This document shows positions 13,201 to 25,270 of a DNA stretch of 64,000 nucleotides, piece after piece. The stretch comes from Octopus bimaculoides (lineage: Eukaryota), in NCBI RefSeq assembly GCF_001194135.2, contig NC_068982.1, forward strand, positions 31,270,750 through 31,334,749, in the 5' to 3' direction. Within the stretch, counting starts at the first letter, position 1, and each line of letters opens with the position of its first letter. The position numbers were made by a program, and so were the translations under genes. The notes below the pieces were generated by a model. It ran no database searches. It saw only the letters and a list, made by a program, of their open reading frames with translations, and had not been told where the DNA came from.

Positions 13201-14078
13201 TGATTATGAGGACGACTATCGTAATAATGAGACGGAATAATGAGAAGGAATATAATATTTAGAAACAATGTTATTTCATAAATCCCTATCATCTTATTCA
13301 GTATTGTTTTATACATCTTTTTCATTGTTGAATATGTGGAGGCGCAATGGCCCATTGGTTAGGGCAACAACAACAACAATTGTTGAATATATTCAGTGAT
13401 TTTTCACTTTTCAGAAGCTTTTTTTTTACCTGACCATTTCACTTCATTCATATATTGAAAAGCAGATTATCTAACGCGGTCTTCATGTTTAAGACATGTA
13501 GGTAGTGATGTTGCTGATTATTAGGATGCGAATACTTTTAACGGTAAGATCATCATTAATAAGTTACGCGTTAACATAAATTATTAGTGTGATTTACATT
13601 GGGTTTATTATATTATCATGTTATGAGTAAGCTATAGTTTTTAGTAGAAAAGCAATGTTACATGCAATATCAATTTATCGGTTGCATGAATTTTTCCATT
13701 CTGTGCTGAGTCTTTTCATATGGTGTCAAATACATACATTTGGGAATCGCTGATCCGGCTTTTGACCCTAGCACCATTTCCCACTGCTTAATCACAACAT
13801 AATTTCCTTGCATTTGGAAATTGATATTACTAATGCTAGTGAATGGTAACTATTACCATGAAAATTATCATCATGGTAGTAACCATCACTATAACCATGA
13901 TGATGATAGTTATGTTATTTAAGATGTTGCTGCCTGTTGTGATGATTATGAGTACGGCTCTCACAATAATGAGGAGGAAAATAATATTAAGAAACATAAT
14001 GTTATTTCATAAATCATTATCATCTCAGTATTATTTTATACCTCTTTTCATTGTTGAATATATTCAGTGATTTTTCAC
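13201..14078 (+). repeat. Local diverged direct duplication (13201-13407 vs 13943-14078)
   Basis: Both copies read TGATTATGAG..AATAATGAG.AGGAA.ATAATATT.AGAAAC..ATGTTATTTCATAAATC..CAGTATT.TTTTATAC.TCTTTT.CATTGTTGAATATATTCAGTGATTTTTCAC. Confidence 0.85.
13336..13378 (+). mobile_element. 43-bp micro-SINE (tRNA-like head fused to (CAA)n tail) with 12-bp TSD
   Basis: GTGGAGGCGCAATGGCCCATTGGTTAGGGC followed by AACAACAACAACA, flanked by ATTGTTGAATAT at 13324-13335 and 13379-13390. Confidence 0.85.
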
Positions 14079-14764
14079 CGAGCTCTTCCTTTTCATAGCA
14101 GCTGCGATTTACATCTTATGTGCTATTAAAACTATAATTCTGCCACTCAGATTCATTAAGCTGAATTATGTTGGCTGTTATTAGAACTACCTTATGGTTT
14201 TAGCCAAATCTCTTTATATTCTGAATGATCAATTTGGCAAATGTAATTTGCCTTTTATTCTTCTGTGGCCACTAGCATAAATACTATATTAATAGTGGAG
14301 TAATTAAATTAAAATCATTATCATTGAGCTTCCAAGCCTTCATTGCTACAATTTCAAATGTATGTTTTTGCATTGGACTTCGATAATACTTTTGTATGAA
14401 TATGTCAAACAGATGATGCAATTATTTTACTCCAGGCCAGAGAAAAAAATAAACAACAATTTGTGGAATAAGGTTGTATCTTTAGGTTTAAAGCTATAGA
14501 AAAATTAAATATCTGAAAAATTATGTTGTGCTGAATTATGTTATATCTCCACCCATTTCTGCTATACTATAAGAGCCACGTCTCTTCTGAGGCAGGAGAG
14601 ATAAATGGAACAATACAGAAAACTTACTTCAATATTAGCTTCTACTTCGCTGATCATGCATACGTTTGTTCATTGGAGTCTCATTAATCTCCCTTTGTAT
14701 CCAATTTACCATATATATTACGCACACTCACACACACACACGCACACATACACGCAAGAATATA

Positions 14765-15602
14765 CAGGATGTGGTGAATAACCTGTCCTCTAAAAATGAA
14801 AATAACACTGACATCTCATTTTAACAGATATATTTACCAAAATTACATAAAAATATCTTGAAATATTAAAGAGTAAATTTATTCAATAAGATCACCATTG
14901 GCTTCAACTATGCCCTCCAGACGACTGCAGAATATTCTGCAACTCTTCAGGAAGGTCCCCTTCTTTAAGTTCGTGAATGCTGCCATAATCCTTGGTTTCA
15001 GTCCATCTTTGTTCTTACAAGGAGTTTTGTTGGTTTCTCAATCAACTGCGGCCCGAACTTAATAATGAAGAAGGTTGTAGTCTGGGAAGTTAGGTGCCCA
15101 GATGTTAGGAGTGATGTGGGTCCTCCTGCTTGTGTGACATGGTGCGCCACCCGGTTGCCAGACATATGGTCTTCCAGCAGCCCCCTCTTGACTCAGGACA
15201 GAAGTACCTTCTCCAGGCACTTGAAGTAAGACTCAGTGTTGAGTGTGAGGCTTTGTAAGATGATGAATGGCGGTATAACGTCGCCATCTCTCCAAACACT
15301 CTAATGTTGACTGAATGTTTGATTTTTACCACTATCGAGACTTGTCCTCAGATTGCATTTTTCTCAGATTGACAACCAAACACTCTGAAATGTTCGTATT
15401 GGAGATTTCAGCGTGAATGCCGAGCAGTCCAGTATGTCGTTTCGAAATTTCCGGCAGAATGAATTGCGTCAAGGTGCCCTTTTATTCCTAGACGGTACCC
15501 AACTGACCCTACTATACTGTGTAGTCTACAAACTCAAAAACAAACTATTCACCTACGCGAAATTAAAAATAAAACTGACAACAATTTACCCATCGCAGGC
15601 TG
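14765..15602 (-). mobile_element. Internally deleted Tc1/mariner-superfamily (maT/DD37D-like) DNA transposon
   Basis: The minus strand encodes a frameshifted catalytic C-terminus (KIKHSVNIRVFG.., ..APCHTSRRTHITPNIWAPNFPDYN.., ..RIMAAFTNLK..CSRLEGIVEANGDLIE). The ends are TA|CAGGATGTGGTG.. at 14765 and a weakly matching ..CGCAGGCTG|TA at 15602. Confidence 0.8.
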
Positions 15603-15722
15603 TACATACAAGTATATATATATATATTGGAATAATAACAATAATACTTGGATGGAATTTATAAACATTTAATGAATTTATAAACATTTACGCGCGTTTC
15701 CACAAGTTACGTGTTTCTTTAG

Positions 15723-15862
15723 ATTACAGTCCGTATTCTCGAGATGATTATATTGTAGTTCATAGTATCCGTCAGCATCGGGAAGATCATCTTCGTGGAT
15801 TCATTTCTTCAGGCGATATAAAATTTATGGATGTTTACCAGAGAGATGTTTATCCATTTTGA
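15723..15862 (+). CDS. Candidate terminal coding exon of an unidentified gene
   Basis: Acceptor gtgtttctttAG is followed by an open phase-1 frame DYSPYSRDDYIVVHSIRQHREDHLRGFISSGDIKFMDVYQRDVYPF*, in a locally higher-GC segment. No homology was recognised. Confidence 0.2.
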
Positions 15863-16429
15863 TCAATGCGAATGTTGGTTGAGTTATGTTGGTATTTCTG
15901 TGTGTATTTGGTGGGAAGGAGGAGAGGGAGATGAAGGAAAGAGAGGAAGAAATGATAGTTATATGGGGAAGGAGGTGTGTGTGGTGATGTTGGATTTATT
16001 TTGCTATTCAGTCTGCAGGGCTCCAGGATAGGTCGTACATTACTTTGTTCGATCTCATTTAAGGCATGACTATCATCGATAAATTCTGAAGTAAACAGGT
16101 CAGCTGGTACAGCCACTACAACCATCAGCTGTAAGAGTTGATTGTCTAAATTAATAAATAATACGTTCAAAGGGTGACCTTTTAATTCTCTTGTTGTACA
16201 ATGGTATAGTGTACAGCATCCTAAATATTGGTTGGTTTGTTTATTTTTTATTTAGTTATATACTATTATTTTTCAAAATTCAGTCCAAGGACTGCGGCCA
16301 TGCCGGGGTGCCACCGTTTACCTTGCTACACTTTCAGTAAACCACCTCTGATATGTGACATTTGGTGGATGAAGGAGTTTGACGTTGCTGTACTCATCTT
16401 TGGAACATTTGACAGAATGAGATCTAGTT

Positions 16430-17091
16430 TATTCTTTACAAACAGTAGACATTGCTTCAAGCGAACTACAATACTCTTTTGGATCTAGTTTTGTTTTGAA
16501 AGAACCTACATGCACACCGTGCAGGTCTCTCAGGCTTTGTCGGAGGATATTGAAGAGCTGTGGTCCTTTGAAGCCCAGTCTGTTGCAGTATCTGGTTCTG
16601 AATCCTGATGGCAATGTTGGGACCTTTGGTACCATTCAGTAGCCCCCGTATTTTTGTAAGTGACAATGCCAAAGTTTGAAGCAAGTTTTCAGTTGTATAT
16701 TATTGCATATCCTTCCCGCCTTCGCTCCAGGGAATAGCCTTAACTCTTTCAGTCTCTGCCAGTAGCTGATATGTTGCTTTATATCGATCTTCCTTGTGTA
16801 GCTTTGCTGGATCGTCTCGAGTTCTGTCATTAATTATACAGTGTTTGGTGACCACAGTTGGGAGCAGTAATCCAGAAGGCTGAGAATGAAGGTCCTCCAG
16901 AGGACCATCATGGTTTCCTTTTTTCTTGCTTTGAAAGTTCGAGGGATCCACCCGGCTAGTCGCCTGCATTTTATTGCCAACTTAGTAATGTGCATCTGGA
17001 AAGATGCACCATTACTCATGTCGGTGCCTAGGTCACGCACTAATTTTGATTTAGGGATTGGAATCCCTCCCGGGCCAGTGTATCCTACTGC
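16430..17091 (-). mobile_element. CR1/L2-group LINE, 3' part of ORF2 (post-RT C-terminus)
   Basis: Motifs YTGPGGIPIPKSKLVRDLGTDMS, LDYCSQLWSP, ELETIQQSYTRKI..YWQRLKEL and GPQLFNIL..FKTKLD. Confidence 0.9.
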
Positions 17092-18326
17092 ACTGGCCCT
17101 ACCATCAACTTGCAGTGAAATAGTTTTCCCACCTGAAATAACTAAATCTTTTAAAGGTGATCAGTTTCTGTTTAATGACTCAGGACCAGTTGAAAAGTGT
17201 ATTGTGATATTTGCGATAAGACGTAATTTACAGTGTATTTACTAGTATGCAGGCGGCACATTTGAAACAGTACCTTTGATAATTCACCAGTTGTATACCC
17301 TATATGGATTAAAAGAGAAATATTCGCTGCCGCCCATGTTTGCGTTATTGCTGGACAAAACAGAAGAAACATACATAACGCTTTTGCACAAGATAAAGAT
17401 TCTTGAACCATCATGTGCTCCATTGTCAATATCAATCGATTTTGAGAAAGTGATAATGAGAGTATTTTTGAAAGAATTTCTTAGTGCACAACAGAACGGT
17501 TGCCTATTCCACTTCAGTCAATGTATCTTTCCTGTAATTCAAAGTAATGGTTTTAAACGAAATTATGAAACCGGCCCAATTTTGCTTTAGTGATGACGAT
17601 TCTACCAGCATTAGCATTTGTCCCAGTAAGCACAGTAACAAGAGCATTTGAGTTAAGTAATAACAACAGCTTCCCTGATGAAGCACAAGAAATCATTGAT
17701 TATTTGGAGGATACGTTGATTGGGAGGCCTAACAGAAGGAATGCGCGAAACCCACCTCCCTTCCCACTAACTATGTGGAATATGTTTTAAAGAGTTCTTG
17801 ATGATTTGCTTAAAACAAATAACTCAGTCGAAGGATGGCATCGAGCATTCGAAACTCAAGTTGGATTTCATCACCTCAACATCTGGAAATCTTTTTACAA
17901 AAAGAACAACGTTTAAGCGAGATTTGAATTGAACAGTATGTTTACTGGAATGGAACCAGAACCTCCAAAAAAGCGCTATCTAGATACTGCAAAAAGAAAT
18001 ATGATGTCTTGCTCAAAACTTTGATCCACAAAATAGTATTGATTACGTTCGTGGTACAGCACACAACCTTTCTTTTTAAGATTTAATAAATTTTTCTGTA
18101 AAGACTATCTTTTGCTTTTTATGCATTTTAAATTAAAATAATCCTAATGTTTTCATAAACAGTTAAAAGCTAGTTATAAACCCAAATAATTATACATTTT
18201 GAATAAATAATACGAATTCATCAAGCAGAGACAATTAACATTTTTTAGTCAGATTGTGTTTTAGACAAATTGTTTCTAAATTAAAACTGTTTTAGGCAAA
18301 TTGTTTTAGACAGACTCGCCTAGACC
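17092..18326 (+). mobile_element. MULE (Mutator-like) transposon, 3' remnant with degenerate transposase and right terminus
   Basis: Motifs LPSTCSEIVFP..GDQFLFNDSG, GTFETVP..QLYTL, SIDFEK, GCLFHFSQCI, ALAFVP, DYLEDTLIG and TNNSVEGWH. It ends in a repetitive TIR-like TTAGACA/TTAGGCA tract closing ..CGCCTAGACC, where LINE homology resumes. Confidence 0.88.
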
Positions 18327-20290
18327 CCTAGCAAAGATAGGTACTTGAGCAGCTGATGGTATGTCAGAGAGAGCTACTATGAACAGGAATGACTCCAGGA
18401 CATTTCCCTGTGGAACACCACTCAATATTTGTGTTTTCTTCGAGGTGGCCCCGTTGACGACCACTACTTGACATCTGTCATTTAGAAAGTCATGTAGCCG
18501 TTCTCCCAGTTTTCTAAACATGCGAAGATTTCGGAGCTTGTGACAAATCATATCATGGTCGACTTTGTCAAAGGATTTTGCAAAGTCGAGGTGTATCACG
18601 TCCACATTTGAGTTGTTGAGCAGCTGCTTTGGCACCCAGTCGTAATGCTGTAAGAACTGTGTCCGTCAGCTTCTGCAAGGTCGAAAACCAAGCTGGGTCT
18701 CAGTCAGCAAGTCATTCTCTCCAAGGAATGTAATTAATTTTCTTCGGACAAATCATTCCATGGCTTTGCTGATGTCTGAGGTCAGAGAGATAGACCTATA
18801 GTTTTCAGCAACTGCGCTGCTTCCTCCTTTATGGATAGAGCATATTATTACCTCTTTTATTTGTCCGGGAGCTAACCATTTGCGAGGAAGCTCTGAAACA
18901 TTAGCTGCAATGGTCTTGCAAAGACGCATTTGCATGACTTGAGGAGGATTGCTGGGAATCCAATAGGGCCAGCAGCTGAGTTTCCATCTGTATCATCTAT
19001 TACTAGCATTACATCCTTTTCTTCGATGATGATATAATCAATTCTTACTGCCACCCATTCACCCTCTGTAGCAGTAAAGAATTCTACAGAATGCTAACTT
19101 GCATGTACTGTAGGGGTGGTGTGAAGACACTTTTGAACTGTTCATTCAGTGTTGTGTTTCACTTATCCTCATTGTGTTTTCCATGAGACAACCATCTTTC
19201 TGGAGAAGCGGCCCTACCTTGTAATGCATAGAGCTAGTCTGGTTGGCGTACCTAAAGAAGTCTTTAGGGTCTGATTTTATATTTCTTATGACACAGGTTT
19301 CTCTCTCTAATCTTGCCTTCTCGTGGATGCGCTTCAGTTGTTTCTTAATCTCCAGCAGTGCTATTTCTCACTGCTGTTTCATAAGAACTTTTCTCTCCTT
19401 GGGAATCTTGTTTTTATGTGCCTTCTCTCTGGACAAAATTGTAGCTTGCATTACGGACATGAAAGTTTTCAATTTCATGTAAATGTCACGTGTAGAGAGA
19501 CATTCGGAACAGTCCTTTTTGTTGATTTCTTTCTCAATTGATTTCCAATCTGCTTTGTGGTAGTTCATATTGGATAGGTTTTGGGTGCTTCTCATGGGCT
19601 GCATCGCTGTAGGTTCCTTTGGTTCATACATGGTCAGCTCTATTATGTTATAATCCGACATTAGCGTCGGTGTCCCTTTCACTTTATGGATGATATCCAC
19701 ATTGTTTGTGAAGCAGAGATTAAGTATATTGTTTGCTCTGGTTCGTTGGAGTATTATTTACTCCATATATAAATTGTTGGTGAGGCTGAGTAGGGATTCT
19801 ACCTGACTTTGCTCACATCGTGGCATTCCTGAGAGGGAGAAGCCTTCTGGCCATTTCACATTGGGTAGGTTGGCGTCTTCCAAGTACACTGACATGCTCT
19901 TCTATTTTGGTTAAGATCTCTTCTATTCTTGCAAGACAGTCTTCGAATAGGCCCGTACGATTTGGGGCATCTGGTGGGCGATATGTAGTACATATAACTA
20001 TGTCGTGTTGGCTTGTATGTATAATTAATGTGTCACACTGGGTTTGAGTGTGACAAAAGTATATGGGGCGTGTGATCGTCACGGATGTATGATACAATGC
20101 AACTTTATCATGGCTCTTGTTCTGTCTATTGCTTCGCAATACCACGTACTTAGGTATATGTATTTCGGCATGTGCGTCGTCGCGTTTTAAGTGCATTTCA
20201 GTGAGTGCTATGCATAAAGCTTGACTGCATGTCACTACTTCTCTCAGGAGACCTAGTTATCTTGTTTGTATGTGTTCCTTCCTTGTTCTA
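18327..20290 (-). mobile_element. CR1/L2-group LINE, 5' part of ORF2 (APE endonuclease plus RT N-half), degenerate
   Basis: APE motifs CIALTEMHL and ICTTYRPPDAP. RT motifs SAAGPIGFPAILLK, ENYRSISLTS, DVIHLDFAKSFDKVDH and SGVPQG. There are many stops and frameshifts. Confidence 0.92.
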
Positions 20291-20399
20291 TAATATGCTA
20301 TTATTCCATTTGCATTTTATCAGTACAGCTCGATGCAACCCCAAAACCTGGTTCACCAGTCAGCGTCATTAGATTGTGGCCGGCATAATGGAATAGAAG

Positions 20400-20458
<59 letters not shown>

Positions 20459-20904
20459 ACTCCAGAAGCTACAGTCGATTATCATTCATATTATTTGAGA
20501 AGCAGGCATGGAAGGTGCTGACATAAAATGCCACCTTTCCTTACGTATGGATCACATCATTTATTTTGGGGGAAGAATATAGTTTAAGATATCAATTATT
20601 CCGTTTACATTATTATTTATTTTATTGATATTTCCTGTCTTGGATCTGCGAATTAATAAACTTTACCACAGGTATAATTGCATTTATGATACTAATACAT
20701 GGGACAAAATATACTGCTTGTGATTAGCAAATAGAAGATTCTGACTTGCTTTACAGAGTAAAATTATTGCTTGAAATCACTGAAATACGGCCAAGTTTGT
20801 TCACTTCAGTAAATCCAAATGCCTAGCCAGTGGTATATGTAATATATGGATCAATATTATTTAATTTTTAGTATTACCTTTTGATTGTTTCAGTTATTAG
20901 GCTG

Positions 20905-21130
20905 CATCCATGCTGGGTCCCTGCATTGAAATATTTTAGTTGAATGAATTGACCCCTGTACTTTTCTAAGACTGATATTTATTATACAAGTTTCTTTTTA
21001 CAGAACCGCCAAGTTTCTCGAACGCAAAGGCATAAACACCGATTGACAAGCGATGGTGGGTGACAAACACAAGTACACATACAAACATTCACACACACGC
21101 ACACACACACGTACAAAGACACACAAACGC

Positions 21131-21163
<33 letters not shown>

Positions 21164-21300
21164 CGACAGGCTTCCTTCAGTTTTCGCCAATCAAATCCAC
21201 TCACGAGTCTTTGAACAGCCTGAGGCTATAGCAGGAGACACTTGTCCAAGGCGCCACACTAAACAATGAGTTTGGGAAACAAGCTTCTTAATACAGCCAC
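20905..21300 (-). mobile_element. SINE family B, degenerate near-full copy
   Basis: Collinear with 53776-54191, including the internal CA/TA microsatellite and GACAGGCTTC.TTCAGTTT..CAAATCCACTCAC..GAGGCTATAG..GACACTTG.CCAAGG.GCCAC. Confidence 0.8.
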
Positions 21301-21990
21301 GTGTGCTACATTATGTGAAAATAAAGTTGCCTCTATTGTCTGTGTAAAATCTTGTCAAAACTAAATGCTCAATATTTAAAAGTGCTAATAAATGGTAGCA
21401 TCATTGTATATTACGTTCTGTAACATAAATGCTTACTAACATTAATGACACTGGTTTTTAAAACGTAAACACACAAATATTAAATGTGCACGCGGGCGCG
21501 TGTTTGTGTGTTCGAATGAAACCACATCATATACTTATAATGTATCATTTCTTTAATGTTTTACATATTCCTTAATTTAGATTTACCATCTTCAAAATGT
21601 TTTAAACCTCAAAATATTCAATTAATTGAATTTAGATTGTTCATTAGCTGTTTCTTTTATATTCCTGAAACTATTGTGGAAACGTGCACAAATAATATTA
21701 GTTTCAATATGATGCATGGAAATGCTGGGATCTTAAACATATACTATGGACTGTTCATATTTTCAAAAATTTCTATCCGTATTAGAAAGATGTGGACACG
21801 TGAGAGGCAAAATTGAGACAGACAAAGTGTTAGAGAAAGAGAGTGAGATGAATAGACAGACTAACTAGACTGAAAGACAGATAAAGATAGAGAAAGAGAA
21901 AGAAAGAGAGAGAGAGAGAAATAGAACATAAAGCTTTAAATATAAAGAGAACTAAAATGAAATGAAGATAATGGAAGCACAGAAACTCAC

Positions 21991-22038
21991 CAGGCTCTCG
22001 TTTGATGGATATTTTTCCATAATTTCTTCCTTTGCTGT
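21991..22038 (-). CDS. Candidate 48-nt internal exon of an unidentified gene
   Basis: Acceptor ttattttgactaattAG and strong donor CTG|GTGAGT. All three frames are open (TAKEEIMEKYPSNESL, SKGRNYGKISIKREP, QQRKKLWKNIHQTRA), so the frame is unresolved. Confidence 0.3.
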
Positions 22039-23704
22039 CTAATTAGTCAAAATAAATCAAATAAACATCGAGATAAAAATACAAAGAATACAAAAACAAC
22101 TTTATATTGGTTTGAGAAGCTTGAAAGCTATATAACAACTTAGAAATGACAATTGCATTTTCTGAAATGAGCAGAAAAATCAGTTATACCTTTCATCAAT
22201 TATGTATTTTTCTAATTAGTGCCACAGATTTTTCAGCAACTAATGACATTCATGTGTGACATTTTATTGATTACAAACATATAATGTTTCTTATAGCTTT
22301 TTGTTTTGTGTATATTGATTGTTTATTTTATTTTCTATCCTTCTGAGTTTTGTTTGTTTTCGTAAATAGTTTATTTCTGAAAACATAATTGAAGAAAATT
22401 TATTTTAAGTTAAATTTAAGGAAAAACAAGTTATAAATTAAATTCTTTAAATAAAAACTGATTTTGTGATTATTCAGTAATAAAATATGCTAGTCAAATC
22501 TAGTATAGTATGACTTGGAATATTTCAATTGTTATTTTAGTGCAAACATTGTACTGGTTTAGCTATACCACACAGTCCAATATTCAAATTTATGTGTTTT
22601 AGTACAATATGAAATAGTGTAACTTTGATTACAAAAAAAAAAAAAAAAAAGACAAAAACTTTTGATTACATTTGAAGGAAGAAAGATAAGTTTTTTTAAA
22701 TATCTGATTAATGAAAGGAAAAGACTAATAATTTTTTGGTATTTTTTTTCTTTAAAAAGACAACACCAATCAACTTTTCATGTTTCGGTTACAGATGCGG
22801 AAGAGCCAATATATTAAGGAATGTAGATACATTTGGGTCTGGAGATCCGATTTTACCTATTTTAGTAGCTTTTGGACTATCAAATATGTCCATCCTCTCT
22901 CAGCCCCTAAATATATTATCATCCATTACATATTTCAAGGTTGTTCTGTTGTGAAATTATAGATATCGAATTGTTAACTTACGCTTCTCTCTTCAACATC
23001 GGTTTTTAACATGATATACATCAAATCAAACAAACACCCGTGCACTCGCATAATCACACCCAAAGCCAAGCAAATACACGCACGCACGCACACAATTCAG
23101 GTTGCTGGAGCGTTCTAAGAGGTACTAGAGGTACTCACAAATATACTTATAGTCTTAAAGTATACACATATACGCTTATCCATCTATACATTTGTATATG
23201 ACACTATTTTCGCGGATAACGGTCAAAATTCAAAATTGCTTTTTAAAAATTTTAAAATCTTTTTGCATGCATATACATATTTATATATACACTCATAGTC
23301 ATATGTGCATGCCTGTACATACTCATACACTCACATACTCACAAAACACATACACACACGTACACACACATACGTACATATGAATATAAACAATTACAGA
23401 ATAGCGGTACGCCTGACAAACCATCATGTTTAAGCTGCATGCGGATTGGTCAAAACTATATTCTAAAACTTCAGCTTGCTGGAACGTTCTAAGTGGTACT
23501 AAAGTTGCCAAGAACTAAACTGTCCGTGAAACACATTTGAAATCTGATCATTAATCTATGTATGAAAGCGCTAATTTAACATTATGAGCATTACAAAATA
23601 TTTTTTAATGTTAAAATACCATAATATAAAACGTGAAAACCAGACCATGTTATAACTTTATCCAACTGATATATTATTCTATACACATCCACATAAATTC
23701 TAAA

Positions 23705-23753
<49 letters not shown>

Positions 23754-24036
23754 GTCTATATATACATATAGATATATGAATATATATATGCATGTATATG
23801 TATATATATTTTTATATATGTGTGTATGTATATACATACATGCATATAGATACATATATATATATANNNNNNNNNNNNNNNNNNNNNNNNNNNNNNNNNN
23901 NNNNNNNNNNNNNNNNNNNNNNNNNNNNNNNNNNNNNNNNNNNNNNNNNNNNNNNNNNNNNNNNNNNNNNNNNNNNNNNNNNNNNNNNNNNNNNNNNATA
24001 GCTAGATATCTCGATATCTAGATAGATATATAGATG

Positions 24037-24136
<100 letters not shown>

Positions 24137-24509
24137 TGAAACACGTCTCAGTACAATTTCCGTCTTCCGTCCAACGATTTCTACTAGCCACAACCATGGC
24201 TTTACGAAGCAAACTTCATCTAATAATTCCTGCGTCAACTTGTTTTCATAGTTTTATTTCAAATCTTATTCATTCCGATAAATGGTTTCGAACAGAATTT
24301 AAAATACGGATAAATAGATTTTTAAGGAACGCCCTGATATCTTTTTCATCGAAATCGACTTGTTTTGTACTATACATATTCTTTGTAATATCTGTACCAA
24401 TCTTTGTATTAGTATGTTATCCATAATATTCTTAATTTTAAAAACTGTGGTTTTGGTTAGGTATATACCTGCTCCATGCAGGTATATACTTATATATCTG
24501 CATCACTGA

Positions 24510-24798
24510 TCATGAGCAGAAGCAGTGGCGGAGAAATATAGTCATGTGTTGAGAGGAATTCTTTGGTGTTTTGATAATTCACCTCTGGAAACATGGGTGT
24601 TTCGTTGAACATCCTTTAAGCAATATTTACTCGGGGATTTGTTAAGTGGAATAGGCTACTTGACCTGAAGAAAATTCTAACTAGACGTCAACTACACTGT
24701 TTATCTTGATATGAGATCACCGTATCACGCATATATACAGTTGAGATAGATATATTTGTACCTCAGCGTCATTTTGATAGCATGCACTGCTCTCTCAC

Positions 24799-24865
<67 letters not shown>

Positions 24866-25201
24866 TAATAATAATAATAATAATAAATGCCCTGATGCAG
24901 TACCAGGCAGCGGCTCTCATGGCTTCTTATCTTAATTTATTGGAAGTGTTATCATGTATATTGTTTTGTCTTGGTATAATTGATGGGCTACAGCAAATAT
25001 TCTGCTCAATACCACAGATTTGTTTGTCAGTTGGTTGATCTTAGCCAGTCGAGCATGTCCCTTAGTGACTGATGATATGTGCATCTCTGATTACGATCAC
25101 AATGTCGCGCACATATGGTTGTGATGTATGTGTCTTGTGTACACCTATCAGACGGGTAGTCATGATGGATACACTGAGCTTCGTATATTTTACCCCAGTG
25201 T

Positions 25202-25252
<51 letters not shown>

Positions 25253-25270
25253 ATAATAATAATAATAATA
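24510..25270 (+). repeat. Two interspersed-repeat-like segments, each ending in an (AAT)n or (ACT)n/(AAT)n tail
   Basis: Higher-GC blocks at 24510-24800 and 24887-25205 are each followed by a trinucleotide run (24800-24886 and 25206-25272), as expected for retroposon 3' ends. The family is not determined. Confidence 0.4.

Noticed and set aside
19243-20047. Plus-strand ORFs at 19243, 19323 and 19820, and minus-strand ORFs at 59606-60485
   Set aside because: They are antisense frames of degenerate LINE coding sequence.
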